DNA from: Candidatus Kapaibacterium sp.
GTDB lineage: Bacteria > Bacteroidota > Ignavibacteria > Kapaibacteriales > UBA2268
NCBI GenBank assembly: GCA_963665665.1
Contig: OY762428.1
Location: forward strand, 5,312,001 to 5,376,000
DNA length: 64,000 nt
Direction of reading: 5' to 3'
The translations under genes and the position numbers were made by a program. The notes under the pieces are model-generated. The model saw only the letters and a list, made by a program, of their open reading frames with translations. It did no database searches and had not been told where the DNA came from. Below are positions 9,552 to 20,228 of the stretch, in pieces (the first letter of the stretch is position 1; each line of letters starts with the position of its first letter).

Positions 9552-10004
9552 TTATTCTCCGCTGTGTATTATTAACATCAAAAAAAATATTTACAGTTGC
9601 CCGAATATATAAAAAAAATTTAATTTTAATAACAAAAATTAAAATGTAACACATGTTATTTATTTATAAGGCTGATATTTCATGTGCCAGGCAATAAAAA
9701 TCTGTCAGAAGAAGTATGCCAGTCAAAATCAGAGAAAAAATTGCAATCAGCTGTTCAATTTATTATCCTAAGTTTACAGCGGGATTTTCTAATCGTATTT
9801 ACCATCACATTTATTCATATCCGGATAAGGTTCGCAAAGGCGATTGAACCCGGCAGGGCGTTGTTCTGCAAAGTTAAACTTTGAAATTTTGAATAATAGC
9901 TTCATATTCAGAAATTATTAACTGAAAATTATTAATCATGCAACTTCTCTGCAATGAATCATCAGAATATTTGGCCAGTTTATGACTTTTTGCAATTTCT
10001 TTAT

Positions 10005-10012
10005 TAATTTTG
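10005..10012 (+). promoter_or_regulatory. Bacteroidota-type -7 element TAATTTTG upstream of dtd
   Basis: Matches TAnnTTTG about 35 nt before the start; similar elements lie at 28859-28866 and 53996-54003. Confidence 0.45.
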
Positions 10013-10047
10013 CGGGATTTTGATAATTAAACAGGAAACTATTATTG

Positions 10048-10488
10048 ATGCGGGCTGTTATACAAAGAGTAAAGAGAGCGAAAGTAACAACGGGAGGCCA
10101 GGTAACCGGCCGGATTGAAAAAGGCCTTTTAGTGCTTCTCGGGGTTTCCACAGATGACAATGAAGATAAAATTCAATGGATGGCAAACAAAATCGCCAAC
10201 CTGAGAATTTTTCCGGATGACAATGAAAAGATGAACAAATCCGTCCTTGATATTGATGGCGGTATATTGGTTGTTTCAAATTTTACTCTATACGGCAGCC
10301 TGAAAAAAGGATTCAGGCCAAGTTATTCTGATGCAGCGCCACCGGAAATCGCCGAGCCGATTTACGAAAAAACTGTTCAGAGAATCAGAGACCAATTTGG
10401 AATAGACGTTCAAACAGGTATTTTCGGAGCAATGATGGATGTGGAATTATGCAATTGGGGACCAGTTACAATTAGCATTGAAAAATAA
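10048..10488 (+). CDS. dtd: D-aminoacyl-tRNA deacylase
   Basis: MRAVIQRV, LRIF, SNFTL, FGAMM and NWGPVT motifs. Confidence 0.95.
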   Translation: MRAVIQRVKRAKVTTGGQVTGRIEKGLLVLLGVSTDDNEDKIQWMANKIANLRIFPDDNEKMNKSVLDIDGGILVVSNFTLYGSLKKGFRPSYSDAAPPEIAEPIYEKTVQRIRDQFGIDVQTGIFGAMMDVELCNWGPVTISIEK

Positions 10489-10505
10489 TTCAGGCAGGAA
10501 TAATT

Positions 10506-11033
10506 ATGGGTACATGTCAAATAGGAAATATAATCAAGCCGAAGGGTTTCAAAGGCTCTATGTTTGTAAACGGCCTTCCGCCGAAGAATCCTTTTCTGAA
10601 CCCTGGCACGGAAGTCAGTGTCGGCTTTTCCGAAAAATTTTCACGAAAAATGAGAATTAAAAGCTGGAAACACTTTAACAACGGGGCACTGGTCAGCTTC
10701 GAGGGAATAAGTTCGGATACTGATGTAAGCGAACTGGTGGAAAAAGGTATTTTCGTTGACGAAGATTACATTATCTATAAGAAAAGAAAAGTTTTTCCGG
10801 GCGAGGAAATTGTCGGCGCTACAGTTTATGACAATGCAAGCGGACAAATTCTTGGTGACATAATAGAAGTATGGATTCTTCCCGGGAATGATGTATGGCT
10901 GATGAAGACCGATCGTGGAAATTTGCCTTTGCCGGTAATAAAACACGTGATTAAAGATGTGGATATTGATAAAATGGAAATCAGAATAGAACTGATACCG
11001 GGTTTGGAAGATTTGGTAACTAAGGAAGTTTGA
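10506..11033 (+). CDS. rimM: 16S rRNA processing protein RimM
   Basis: IGNIIKPKGFKG, GNDVW...LPVI, PRC-barrel ending IPGL; adjacent to trmD. Confidence 0.85.
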   Translation: MGTCQIGNIIKPKGFKGSMFVNGLPPKNPFLNPGTEVSVGFSEKFSRKMRIKSWKHFNNGALVSFEGISSDTDVSELVEKGIFVDEDYIIYKKRKVFPGEEIVGATVYDNASGQILGDIIEVWILPGNDVWLMKTDRGNLPLPVIKHVIKDVDIDKMEIRIELIPGLEDLVTKEV

Positions 11034-11725
11034 TGTCATCGCTTATAAGAATTGATTTAGTAGCAGCCGTTCCGGAGATATTCGATTCGGCGCTGAACAG
11101 CAGCATAATAAAAATTGCAAGAGAAAAATATTTAGCAGAAATTTATGTGCATAACCTTCACGATTATGCTAAAGATCGTTTTCGCCATATTGACGATATG
11201 CCTTATGGCGGGGGTGCGGGGATGATAATTCAGTGCGAACCTGTATTTGATTGTATTGAAGGTTTGATGAAAGAACGCGATTACGACGAGCTGATATTTA
11301 CCTGTGCCGACGGTAAACCATTCACACAATCTGATGCAAACGAGCTTTCAATGAAAAAAAACATACTGATACTTGCAGGGCATTATAAAGGTATTGACCA
11401 GCGAATCAGAGACTTGCTAATCACAAGGGAAATATCAGTAGGGGACTACGTATTGAGCGGAGGAGAGCTGCCTGCACTGATTATTACAGATGCCATTGTC
11501 AGGCTTTTGCCCGGAGTTCTCGGGGATATGGAATCCGCTCTTGAGGATTCATTCATGGACGGCCTGCTGGAACCCCCACAATATACACGGCCACCCGTTT
11601 TTCGCGGGCTGGAAGTACCACAGGTGCTTCGCGACGGTAATCACAGCGAAATAGAAAAATGGCGGCGCGAGCAAAGCCTTGAAAAAACTGCAACCAAACG
11701 CCCCGATCTTCTGGAAGATGAGTGA
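11033..11725 (+). CDS. trmD: tRNA (guanine37-N1)-methyltransferase
   Basis: DDMPYGGGAGM, GHYKGIDQR, SVGDYVLSGGE and PQYTRP motifs. Confidence 0.96.
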   Translation: MSSLIRIDLVAAVPEIFDSALNSSIIKIAREKYLAEIYVHNLHDYAKDRFRHIDDMPYGGGAGMIIQCEPVFDCIEGLMKERDYDELIFTCADGKPFTQSDANELSMKKNILILAGHYKGIDQRIRDLLITREISVGDYVLSGGELPALIITDAIVRLLPGVLGDMESALEDSFMDGLLEPPQYTRPPVFRGLEVPQVLRDGNHSEIEKWRREQSLEKTATKRPDLLEDE

Positions 11726-11798
11726 CCATATTTAATTCAAATTTTTTAAACTTCCAACATAGGAAAATAACAAAGTTGATTTCTCCCACACACCAAAT

Positions 11799-13361
11799 CT
11801 ACTCCATCTCATCATCCACTAGGTAGTGTGCGCCCATGTTGGCACGCGCCTCCATTGTTGAAGCTGTAACGGCTATAGCAGTCTGAACGCCGTTCCTGAG
11901 TTGGATCATCGCTTTGGTCATTTTAGCTTTGCGATAGAACTGCTCTACTTCCGTCTGAAGGTGACGCAGGTTTGTCTGTGCCCTGTGCAGCCTCTGTTTT
12001 GTCCTGACCAGCCCAACGTAATTCCACATCGTATTTTTAATCGAGCGCCAGTCCTGGGCAATTAATGCAGGATCAACAAAGCCTTCTTCGTCTTTCCATG
12101 GATATATTTCCGGAAAGTATCTGTTCTGGTCGTCCTCGCAGCTTTCGGCGGCGTCGCTTCCTGCGGTATAGCCCCAAACCACGTTTTCCAGCAGTGATGT
12201 AGATGCCAGCCTGTTTGCACCGTGAACTCCCGTGCAGGCAACCTCTCCGACGGCGTAAAGCCTTTTCAGCGACGTCCTCCCCCGAAGGCTAACGCCAACG
12301 CCGCCACATGAATAGTGCGCGGCAGGTACTACCGGAATCGGTTCGGAGGTTATATCAACACCCGCCCTGAGGCAATGCGCGTAAATACCCGGGAAACGTC
12401 CTTTTATCCACTCATTGTCCTTGAACGAAAGGTCAAGGTATACGCAAGAATGTTCAGTATCAAGCATAGTCTGGTGTATTCCCCTGGCAACAATGTCCCT
12501 CGGTGCCAGCGAACCCTGCGGATGGAATTCCTTCATAAAATCCCGTCCGGTTTTATCTATCAGTCTGGCACCTTCGCCGCGCATGGATTCCGAGATCAGA
12601 AATCTGTCATGCTCGTTATAAAGTGTTGTTGGATGGAACTGGATGAATTGCAGGTTGAAAACTCTTGCCCCGGCCCTCCAGGAAAGAGCAATACCGTCAC
12701 CGGTAGCTTCTTTGGGATTTGATGTATGCAGGTAAATTTGGCCCAGCCCGCCGGTTGCAAGTATTGTTGTTGCAGCATAGATCGGAAAAACATTTCCTTT
12801 TTCGTTGTTCAGAACCAATGCCCCGTAGCAAGCGGGTTTTTTATAAATATCAAGGGAATTTGTTGAGTGGTGCGACAGAGTAAGAAGATCAATCACAGTA
12901 TGATCAAGAATTATATCGATATAGGGATGATCCTGCAAAACTTTAAGCACTGCTTTTTGTATATATTCGCCGGTTTTATCCTTTGAGTGGATTATTCTTG
13001 CCTCGGAATGTGCGCCCTCTTCGGTCAGGTCAAGCTGGTTGTTTTTCGTTTTATCAAAATCAACGGCGCAACGTTCGAAGAGGAATTTTTCAACAAGTTT
13101 GGGGCCCATCTTTGCAAGCTGGTCCACAGCGCTTTCCCAGCTGTGCCCGGCTCCGGCTTCCATAATATCCTGTTTCAGTTTTTCCGGGGAATCATTTCTC
13201 CCCTTATATATTATGCCTCCCTGAGCATAAGGTGTGGAACCGCTCATCAGCTCGGGAGTTTTGGTAAGAATAGTTACATGTTTACCGCGGTCAGCCGCTG
13301 TAATGGCTGCAATTGCCCCGGCAAGGCCTGTTCCGAGTATAAGAATTTCTGTTTTTTTCAT
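11799..13361 (-). CDS. nadB: L-aspartate oxidase
   Basis: GTGLAG, AQGGI, EGAHS, QFHPT, LAPRDIVAR, HYSCGG and GVHGANRLASTSLLE; start taken at MKKTEIL. Confidence 0.93.
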   Translation of the reverse strand: MKKTEILILGTGLAGAIAAITAADRGKHVTILTKTPELMSGSTPYAQGGIIYKGRNDSPEKLKQDIMEAGAGHSWESAVDQLAKMGPKLVEKFLFERCAVDFDKTKNNQLDLTEEGAHSEARIIHSKDKTGEYIQKAVLKVLQDHPYIDIILDHTVIDLLTLSHHSTNSLDIYKKPACYGALVLNNEKGNVFPIYAATTILATGGLGQIYLHTSNPKEATGDGIALSWRAGARVFNLQFIQFHPTTLYNEHDRFLISESMRGEGARLIDKTGRDFMKEFHPQGSLAPRDIVARGIHQTMLDTEHSCVYLDLSFKDNEWIKGRFPGIYAHCLRAGVDITSEPIPVVPAAHYSCGGVGVSLRGRTSLKRLYAVGEVACTGVHGANRLASTSLLENVVWGYTAGSDAAESCEDDQNRYFPEIYPWKDEEGFVDPALIAQDWRSIKNTMWNYVGLVRTKQRLHRAQTNLRHLQTEVEQFYRKAKMTKAMIQLRNGVQTAIAVTASTMEARANMGAHYLVDDEME

Positions 13362-13619
13362 TTTTCCAGCCGATATATTCAATAAACAGTAATTTTTTAT
13401 CAAAAATTATTTTGATACTATACATACCAAACTTAAGAAAATTTTTGAATTATTAGTTCGAATAGTTCTTCGAAAGATAAGAAAACATGATATAACCTGA
13501 ATATTACTTGTTATCAATTATTGGTATTCAGCAAAAATCATAATAAAAAATCAATATAAATTATTTCGATAATGATTTTCCAATAATAATTAGCAATAAT
13601 TTGTATATGATATCAGAAT

Positions 13620-14708
13620 TCAGGTAAGAAGTTTTATCCTTGTAAATATTTCTTCAAGCTCAGCAGTTTTAAGAACAGCTTTATAAAAATTTGTATTGGC
13701 ATGCTGTTCAATCTTAATTCCTTTGTAATCAATATATCTGTTACTGCGATTAATGTCAAACCAATAAACAAGGGAAATATTTCGCCTGTCAATTTCTATG
13801 GCTGTCATTCCCCTTTTACCAATAACAGCTCCGGAATTAAAAAGCAAAGGCAGAAGTAATTCATCTTTGTAAAGGGCATTCCTTAGCATTGTTTGTTTTT
13901 GCGAGCTGATTGATTTTAGCTCTTTTTTATAATTATCAATTTGCCGCCGGATCTTATGTTTTTTCCCTTCCCCGGATTTTTTATATTTTCTCAGGAGTTT
14001 TTCAATTCTGAATATCAGGTTGTCTTTCTTTGACTGGGATTCGAAAAGTGGTTTGTGAGTATGGCCTATGATTGAAATCATTTTTCTGCTGGCAGAATAC
14101 CAATAAGAACGTAACTCTGTGTCGAAAATTTTCTTTTCATCAAGGGTAAATGTAGTATTTTTTATTCTGAAAATATCGGCAAAATAGCGCACCATTGTTC
14201 TGCTGAACAGATTATAATCCTGCAGCAGACCCGAACACTGATGTCCGTGAAAAATAAAAATTGTATTCTCCCCAAGCCTGAGTTTAACAGCTTCCTGAAT
14301 ACTTTTATTTATATCCGGATATGAATTATATTTCAATTCATAATCATGATTACCGAATATTTTTATCAGCTTATCCCTGTCAGCAAAATCACCGAATATG
14401 GAATAAATGTCTGGCCAGTTCTCAACAATATCTTTCAGGTGGTATTTATATAATTCTTCAATATCCCCATTCAATACCAGGGTATAATCTTCCTTACGAT
14501 AATATGAATCAAGAATTTGAGCGAACATCTCGGAATTTGCCACAAACTCGTCCATTGGGCCGGCATTGCCTATATGTATATCAGAAATAATTACCAGACG
14601 GCTATTGTTGTCGATTTGAATATTCGGAGCCTCCTGAAAAAGTTTATCCATTCTTGCCCTGAATGCCTTGCTTCTTATTTTACTATCCGCCCCGTTCATT
14701 TTTATCAT
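13620..14708 (-). CDS. Calcineurin-like metallophosphoesterase
   Basis: SDIH, NGD, GNHD, HGH and GHTH motifs. Confidence 0.85.
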   Translation of the reverse strand: MIKMNGADSKIRSKAFRARMDKLFQEAPNIQIDNNSRLVIISDIHIGNAGPMDEFVANSEMFAQILDSYYRKEDYTLVLNGDIEELYKYHLKDIVENWPDIYSIFGDFADRDKLIKIFGNHDYELKYNSYPDINKSIQEAVKLRLGENTIFIFHGHQCSGLLQDYNLFSRTMVRYFADIFRIKNTTFTLDEKKIFDTELRSYWYSASRKMISIIGHTHKPLFESQSKKDNLIFRIEKLLRKYKKSGEGKKHKIRRQIDNYKKELKSISSQKQTMLRNALYKDELLLPLLFNSGAVIGKRGMTAIEIDRRNISLVYWFDINRSNRYIDYKGIKIEQHANTNFYKAVLKTAELEEIFTRIKLLT

Positions 14709-14713
14709 TCATC

Positions 14714-17104
14714 TTAGGAAACTTCGTCAAAATCAACTATCAGCTTTTTCAAAGCCTTCTCAAGAGAATACCTATGCCTTACATTCTCAACCGATTTTAT
14801 TTTCATATTACTGTATTCATCATCGCTTTCGTTGAAGAGGAGGCTGCTAATCTTTTCTTTCCACTCTTCTTTACTATTGGATTCTACTACCAGTCCGGTA
14901 TTGTTATTTATAATTATCTCTCTCGGGCCGCCAACCCCGGAAACAAGGCATGGAATTCCGCATGCCTGCGCTTCCAGAACCGACATTCCGAAAGTATCTG
15001 TTTCGCTTGGAAATACAAAAAGGTCGGCAGCGCGGTAGACATCGCCGAGTTTTCCGCGATCGATTTTACCAGTAAACACAAATTCATCACTACCGGAATA
15101 TTTAAGTTTTAATTCTTTTAGATATGGCCCGTCTCCGGCTATCATCAGATTTAATTTTTTGCCGGATTTATTCAGTTCATGAACAGAATCAAAAACCACG
15201 TTAAGATTTTTATCCTTCGAAATTCTTCCAGTGAACAAAAGCAGAGGTTTGCCGTTCAGGTTGAAATATTCTCTTACTTTAGTCTTTTCTTCATCGCCGC
15301 CTGGATAAAATACCGACTCGTTCACCCAACGCCGGAAACGCTTAATCTTACGATTATCGAATCCATATTCTTCAAGAATATATTTGTATTCCAGAGCCGG
15401 GCTGGCAATAATATCGGATTTATCATAAAACCATCGGATATAACTCTTCATCATAATATTCAGCAGGTCGTCGTCGGCAATTTTAGCAAGCTGCTTTTCA
15501 AAATCTGTATGGAAAATATTTATTGAAGGAATCTTCAGAAGTTTTGCTGCCAGAAGGCCTACCAGCCCTACAAAACCCGGCGTTGATATGTATATTTCAT
15601 CCGGATCGTAATCGTAAATAGCCCGAAGCGATTCCAGCAGCGAGGGAACTTTCAGAGTATAGGATTCGTAATATGGCATGTGAAAATCGAATACAGAATT
15701 CAGTTCGAAAATATTCGGAGGCAGGTTGTCCCTGTTTTCGTTTTCGGTAATACATGCGGCAATTTTTACATTCAACCCCTCTTCGTAAGCAAAATTACTG
15801 TATTCTTTCAATGTTGCAGAAACACCGTTTAAATCATCAATTGTATCAGTAAACCATAATACTTTTGTCCGGACTTTTTTTGATTCTGGAAGTAATTTAT
15901 TCTTAAGTTTTCTAATTAATTCCCTGTCCCTGAAAAGGTAGTTCATGGCAGTAATGAAGGGTGTAGTCAGAAATAATGCCGGAAGAACCGTAACAGCTTT
16001 CATAAATGAATTGACAACATCCATATCCTTAAGGTTATCCCTAAGGTAAATACCGATATTCTTAACAAGCTCGTCGGTCAGGTTGCTAAAACTATCAAAA
16101 GCTATTTTAATTCTGATTTCCGGATCAGCATCTTTTACTTCCTCAAGTTTTTTTACAAGCTCAATAATCTTTCTTGAAATAACATCATCATCACGCACAG
16201 TTACATTGTAGCCCTTGAGTTTTATTTTATTCATAAGGCTGAGTGATCCTGTATCAAATATCAGGTCATTTACATTCCCAATAAATTTTGAGCCGAATTT
16301 TTTATTTTTCTTTTCCGTATAGTCCCATGCTACTTTATAAACAGAGAATGCCAGGGAGGCGAAATCGTTGCTTCTGCCGGCCACATCGCATTCTCCCTTT
16401 CTTAAGCGGCTAAGGAACTGATCTGCTGAAAGAGAATATGCCTCGGTATAAGTTTTCCCAATAAACAGCCCTGCGGAATCATCGCTTCCCGCAATAAATT
16501 TCTTTTGCCAGGGATGCTTTCCTACAGGTTCAATACCATGCTTATCTTTCAATTCATGGATTTTTTCTTTTGTTAGTCCGGATAGTATTTCCATAACAGC
16601 TTTATTTGTTCGCAGGTTTTTCTCGCCGTTAATACCCTCGAATACATTGAAAAGCAGAATCAACTTTTCGAAATGTGCGACAGAAAGCCTTCCGTTAACA
16701 GCATAAACCGGATGAGCCACGGCATGAGGAAATTTTTTCTTAGCAAGATAATCTCTCAGCTCGTAAATATTTTTTCTTTTATTCTCTATCTTTTCGAAAT
16801 GCTTTTCTTCAAATCCGTAAATCAGAATATGAACCTTGCAGCCGTCTTCGGGGAAATATGCTGTTGATTCAACCCCGGTAAAAGTAGTTTCAGGGTATTT
16901 TTTTCTGAGTTCCATTATACCATCAATATTGTTGTGATCAGTAATGGTAACCATATCCATCCCGCGAGCCATTGCCGTTTTGTAAATATATTTCGGTTTG
17001 GAATATGATTCACCCGCTCCGAGCCTTTGCAGGAACCAGTCAGAAGGATGGTTGCTGTAGATTGAATGTACGTGAAGGTCTGCTTTCATCAATTTTCCGT
17101 TCAA
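14714..17104 (-). CDS. PHP domain-GT4 glycosyltransferase fusion
   Basis: N-terminal DLHVHS/TITDHN/AHP/GSDD PHP motifs; C-terminal NGVS, FHTDF, GRISKDKN and DTFGMSVLEAQACG. Confidence 0.9.
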   Translation of the reverse strand: MNGKLMKADLHVHSIYSNHPSDWFLQRLGAGESYSKPKYIYKTAMARGMDMVTITDHNNIDGIMELRKKYPETTFTGVESTAYFPEDGCKVHILIYGFEEKHFEKIENKRKNIYELRDYLAKKKFPHAVAHPVYAVNGRLSVAHFEKLILLFNVFEGINGEKNLRTNKAVMEILSGLTKEKIHELKDKHGIEPVGKHPWQKKFIAGSDDSAGLFIGKTYTEAYSLSADQFLSRLRKGECDVAGRSNDFASLAFSVYKVAWDYTEKKNKKFGSKFIGNVNDLIFDTGSLSLMNKIKLKGYNVTVRDDDVISRKIIELVKKLEEVKDADPEIRIKIAFDSFSNLTDELVKNIGIYLRDNLKDMDVVNSFMKAVTVLPALFLTTPFITAMNYLFRDRELIRKLKNKLLPESKKVRTKVLWFTDTIDDLNGVSATLKEYSNFAYEEGLNVKIAACITENENRDNLPPNIFELNSVFDFHMPYYESYTLKVPSLLESLRAIYDYDPDEIYISTPGFVGLVGLLAAKLLKIPSINIFHTDFEKQLAKIADDDLLNIMMKSYIRWFYDKSDIIASPALEYKYILEEYGFDNRKIKRFRRWVNESVFYPGGDEEKTKVREYFNLNGKPLLLFTGRISKDKNLNVVFDSVHELNKSGKKLNLMIAGDGPYLKELKLKYSGSDEFVFTGKIDRGKLGDVYRAADLFVFPSETDTFGMSVLEAQACGIPCLVSGVGGPREIIINNNTGLVVESNSKEEWKEKISSLLFNESDDEYSNMKIKSVENVRHRYSLEKALKKLIVDFDEVS

Positions 17105-17107
17105 ATT

Positions 17108-18847
17108 TTAGTTATTTACAAAACTTTTCTGTAGGTAATAACGTTCCTTTTTATCAGCTTTCACCATATCCATGTCAACCAGTATCAGTCCGTCAATAGA
17201 ATCTGAGAATTTTTTGTCAACAGCAAAATCATAGAATTTCGAGCCGCCGTATTCAGTCAATTCAGAATATCTCCTGTATAGAACAGGAATAGTAAATCCC
17301 TGAACTCGCAGATTATTTTTCAAAATCCTGAAATCCCCTGTTGGATTATCTGAATTGAAAAGTTTTTCAAGTTCCTGATTGTCCTTCTTGGATATTCGGT
17401 AGGGATATATTGCATTAGCCAGGTTTGCGTCTCCCCCATACCATTTATTATAATAATAAATGATCATATTTTTCGCTGAATCAGGGTAGTTATCGCTTAT
17501 ACTGACTGCTCCCCACAGGTATCGTATTTCAGGATTCTTCTGTAAGAATGAGCCTATACCCTGCCAGATATAATCCAGGGCGTAACTTCTCCAGTATTTT
17601 TGCTGAATGAAGCTTCTTCCCATTTCGATTGATTTGTTCAATATCGGCCTGAAATCATCGCTGAACTTAAACTGTGATGCATTATATAATCCCTTAACAC
17701 CCAGATCGTTTATTATTTCCTTACACATGCCGAGCCTGTACGCACCGGCAATTTCAAGCTCGTCGTCGTCCCAAAGAACAATATGGCGGTAATAAACATC
17801 ATACTCGTCAAAATCAAATGACCTGCCGGTTCCCTCGCCTACTTTACGGAAAGTGATCTCGCGAAGACGGGCAATTTCCATCATTACATTTTTTCCCTTT
17901 TCATAATCAACAAGGAAAATCTGCATTCCGTCGCTCGTTTTACCAATCAAATCATTCTGCAGGAGTTCTGACTTGAGTATTTTTCTCGGTACAGGATGAA
18001 TAATTGTCTTTTCAGTGCCATATATAGCTGATTTATTCTTTTTCAGCCTGTAAACATGTTTTTTGAGTAATTTAATCTGAACTTTCGGATGAAGTATATT
18101 CTTCTTAAAAGATTCCGGATTAATGGGATCGCCAAATTTTATTGAAATTGTTTTATTCTTTTTATTGAACAACTCATGCGGTAAGAGGAAAGTTGCTGCA
18201 TTCCTGTAAATCATCGAAGTAAAATAAAAAAGAGCAGAATTTCTGGCCTTGACAAATGCCGGTAACACGGGAGCGTTGTGTTTACGTGCAAAGCTTAAAG
18301 CTCCCCTTCTCCATTTGCCGTCGCATATACCCTTTGGTGTAAACCTTGAAACTTCCCCTGCTGGGAAAAATATTACCGCCTCGTCATTAGCCAGCGCCTG
18401 ATCGATATTTTTCAGGTATTTTTTTTGATTTTTAAGGGAGAATACATCGTAGGGCAGGAAAAGATTGTCCAATGGTTCTATCAGTGACAGGACGTCATTA
18501 GCCACGATCTTTACATCAGGCCTGACTTCGGATACAGCCTTGAGTAATGCCAGGCCATCGAGTGACCCCATTGGATGGTTAGACACGATAACGAGTTTTC
18601 CCTCGGACGGAATTTTCATTCTGTCCTTACTGGATACGGAATATGAAAAATCAAGGTATTCAAATAATTTATCAATAAAATCGAAACCTTTCAGGTGTCC
18701 GGAATTAGCAATAAATTCATTTACTTCCTTTACATGCAAAGCTTTGTTTCCGATTTTCAACAGCCCCCGGGTAAGAAATCCCGGATACTTATTAAAGAAG
18801 TTTGGCGCCTTGCTGCTGATAATTTCTTTTAAATCAATCTTTTCCAT
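17108..18847 (-). CDS. Bifunctional PlsC-type + GNAT acyltransferase (OlsF-like aminolipid synthase)
   Basis: NHPMGSLDG and FPAGEV (PlsC-like), followed by EIARLREITFR...EMGRSFI (N-acyltransferase GNAT). Confidence 0.85.
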   Translation of the reverse strand: MEKIDLKEIISSKAPNFFNKYPGFLTRGLLKIGNKALHVKEVNEFIANSGHLKGFDFIDKLFEYLDFSYSVSSKDRMKIPSEGKLVIVSNHPMGSLDGLALLKAVSEVRPDVKIVANDVLSLIEPLDNLFLPYDVFSLKNQKKYLKNIDQALANDEAVIFFPAGEVSRFTPKGICDGKWRRGALSFARKHNAPVLPAFVKARNSALFYFTSMIYRNAATFLLPHELFNKKNKTISIKFGDPINPESFKKNILHPKVQIKLLKKHVYRLKKNKSAIYGTEKTIIHPVPRKILKSELLQNDLIGKTSDGMQIFLVDYEKGKNVMMEIARLREITFRKVGEGTGRSFDFDEYDVYYRHIVLWDDDELEIAGAYRLGMCKEIINDLGVKGLYNASQFKFSDDFRPILNKSIEMGRSFIQQKYWRSYALDYIWQGIGSFLQKNPEIRYLWGAVSISDNYPDSAKNMIIYYYNKWYGGDANLANAIYPYRISKKDNQELEKLFNSDNPTGDFRILKNNLRVQGFTIPVLYRRYSELTEYGGSKFYDFAVDKKFSDSIDGLILVDMDMVKADKKERYYLQKSFVNN

Positions 18848-18873
18848 GATATATACCCCCGGTTAAATAAAAT

Positions 18874-19761
18874 TTATACCTGAACTCTTCTCAATTTTCT
18901 TCTTATAGGAATTTCGCTGTCATATACTCTTTTAATACCATCGCCGAGTGATGATTCAATATCCCGAATATTTGAAATAAGCCTGAACAGGCCTCCGATT
19001 TCAACCGAAGCTGCCTGGTCGGATCCCCACATTGCCCTGTCCAGGGTAATATGCCTCTCAATGAAATTTGCCCCTAGAACAACAGTTGCCCATGTCGGTG
19101 CCAGCCCGGTTTCATGCCCTGAATAACCGATCGGCATTTCCGGGTATCTGTCTTTCAAAGTTTGAATAACATTAAGGTTTAATTCATCCAATTTGCAGGG
19201 ATATGTTGATGTGGAATGTGCAAGCAGAATATTGTCCCTGCCAATAGTTTCAAGAGCCATATCAATTTCATCCATAGTGGACATGCCAGACGATAGCATT
19301 AATGGTTTGCCCGTGGATTTCACTTTTTTCAAAAGCTCAAGGTCTGTTAAAGCTGCAGAAGGAGCTTTATGGAATGGAGGGTTGAACCTTTCGATAAAAT
19401 CAACTGATGGTTCGTCCCAGCAGGAAGCAGTCCACACAATACCGTTTGACTTACAGAAATCATCGATTTCCTGATATTCAGCTTCTCCGAATTCAACCTT
19501 GTAGCGATAATCAATATAAGTCATTCTTCCCCAGGGAGTATCCCTTTCGATTAGTTTCTGATCGTCAGGAACGCACAATTCCGGAGTACGTTTTTGGAAT
19601 TTAACTGCGTTTGCTCCCGCAGCGGCTGCCCCGGCTATAAGTTTTTTGGCAAGTTCGACGGAACCATTGTGGTTTATTCCGATTTCACCGATCACCCATG
19701 TCGGGTGGCCGTCGCCGATAAAATCATTTCCGATTTGAATTTCTCTTTTATTCATTTCCAT
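18874..19761 (-). CDS. neuB: NeuB-family nonulosonate synthase (short form, no obvious SAF domain)
   Basis: EIGINHNG, AVKFQ, STYP, GYSGHE, ERHITLD and GSD motifs; 295 aa. Confidence 0.9.
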   Translation of the reverse strand: MEMNKREIQIGNDFIGDGHPTWVIGEIGINHNGSVELAKKLIAGAAAAGANAVKFQKRTPELCVPDDQKLIERDTPWGRMTYIDYRYKVEFGEAEYQEIDDFCKSNGIVWTASCWDEPSVDFIERFNPPFHKAPSAALTDLELLKKVKSTGKPLMLSSGMSTMDEIDMALETIGRDNILLAHSTSTYPCKLDELNLNVIQTLKDRYPEMPIGYSGHETGLAPTWATVVLGANFIERHITLDRAMWGSDQAASVEIGGLFRLISNIRDIESSLGDGIKRVYDSEIPIRRKLRRVQV

Positions 19762-19923
19762 GACCGAATTTATGTGTAAATATTTATTTGCTTAAAATTT
19801 TATTTTTCGTTATCTCATAACAATGTCTTTTTTTTCTGAATTTGTAAAATTTGTCTTTCTGATTCCGCGAATAAATGCAAGCTTTTACTCATGAAGAAAT
19901 GACACGAAAATCAGCTAAACAAT

Positions 19924-20020
19924 TCCCCTCCTTCGGCGGGATTCCCGAAGGGCTGGATTGAGTTGAGAATAAATTCAAGAAGAAGAAACCACCCATTTGA
20001 TCCCCTCCAATGGAGGGGAA
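19924..20020. repeat. REP-like palindromes (CCCCTCC...GGAGGGG family)
   Basis: AAACCACCC...TCCCCTCCAATGGAGGGGAA, the same family as copies at 33000, 34380 and 34665. Confidence 0.6.
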
Positions 20021-20228
20021 TGATAAACAATTTATATTATTTATTTCCATATTTCCCTATGATACAATACTTTATTAAACACTCACCTATCATTAGGCGG
20101 AATCTAACTGAATGAAGATTTCATTTTATTGATCCATACCAGAATAATGAACTCTTTACCCAGCATATCCCTCCCTCTTCAGGTTTTATAGACATCCCTT
20201 TGATATTCTTTTTTCAAATAACAATCTG

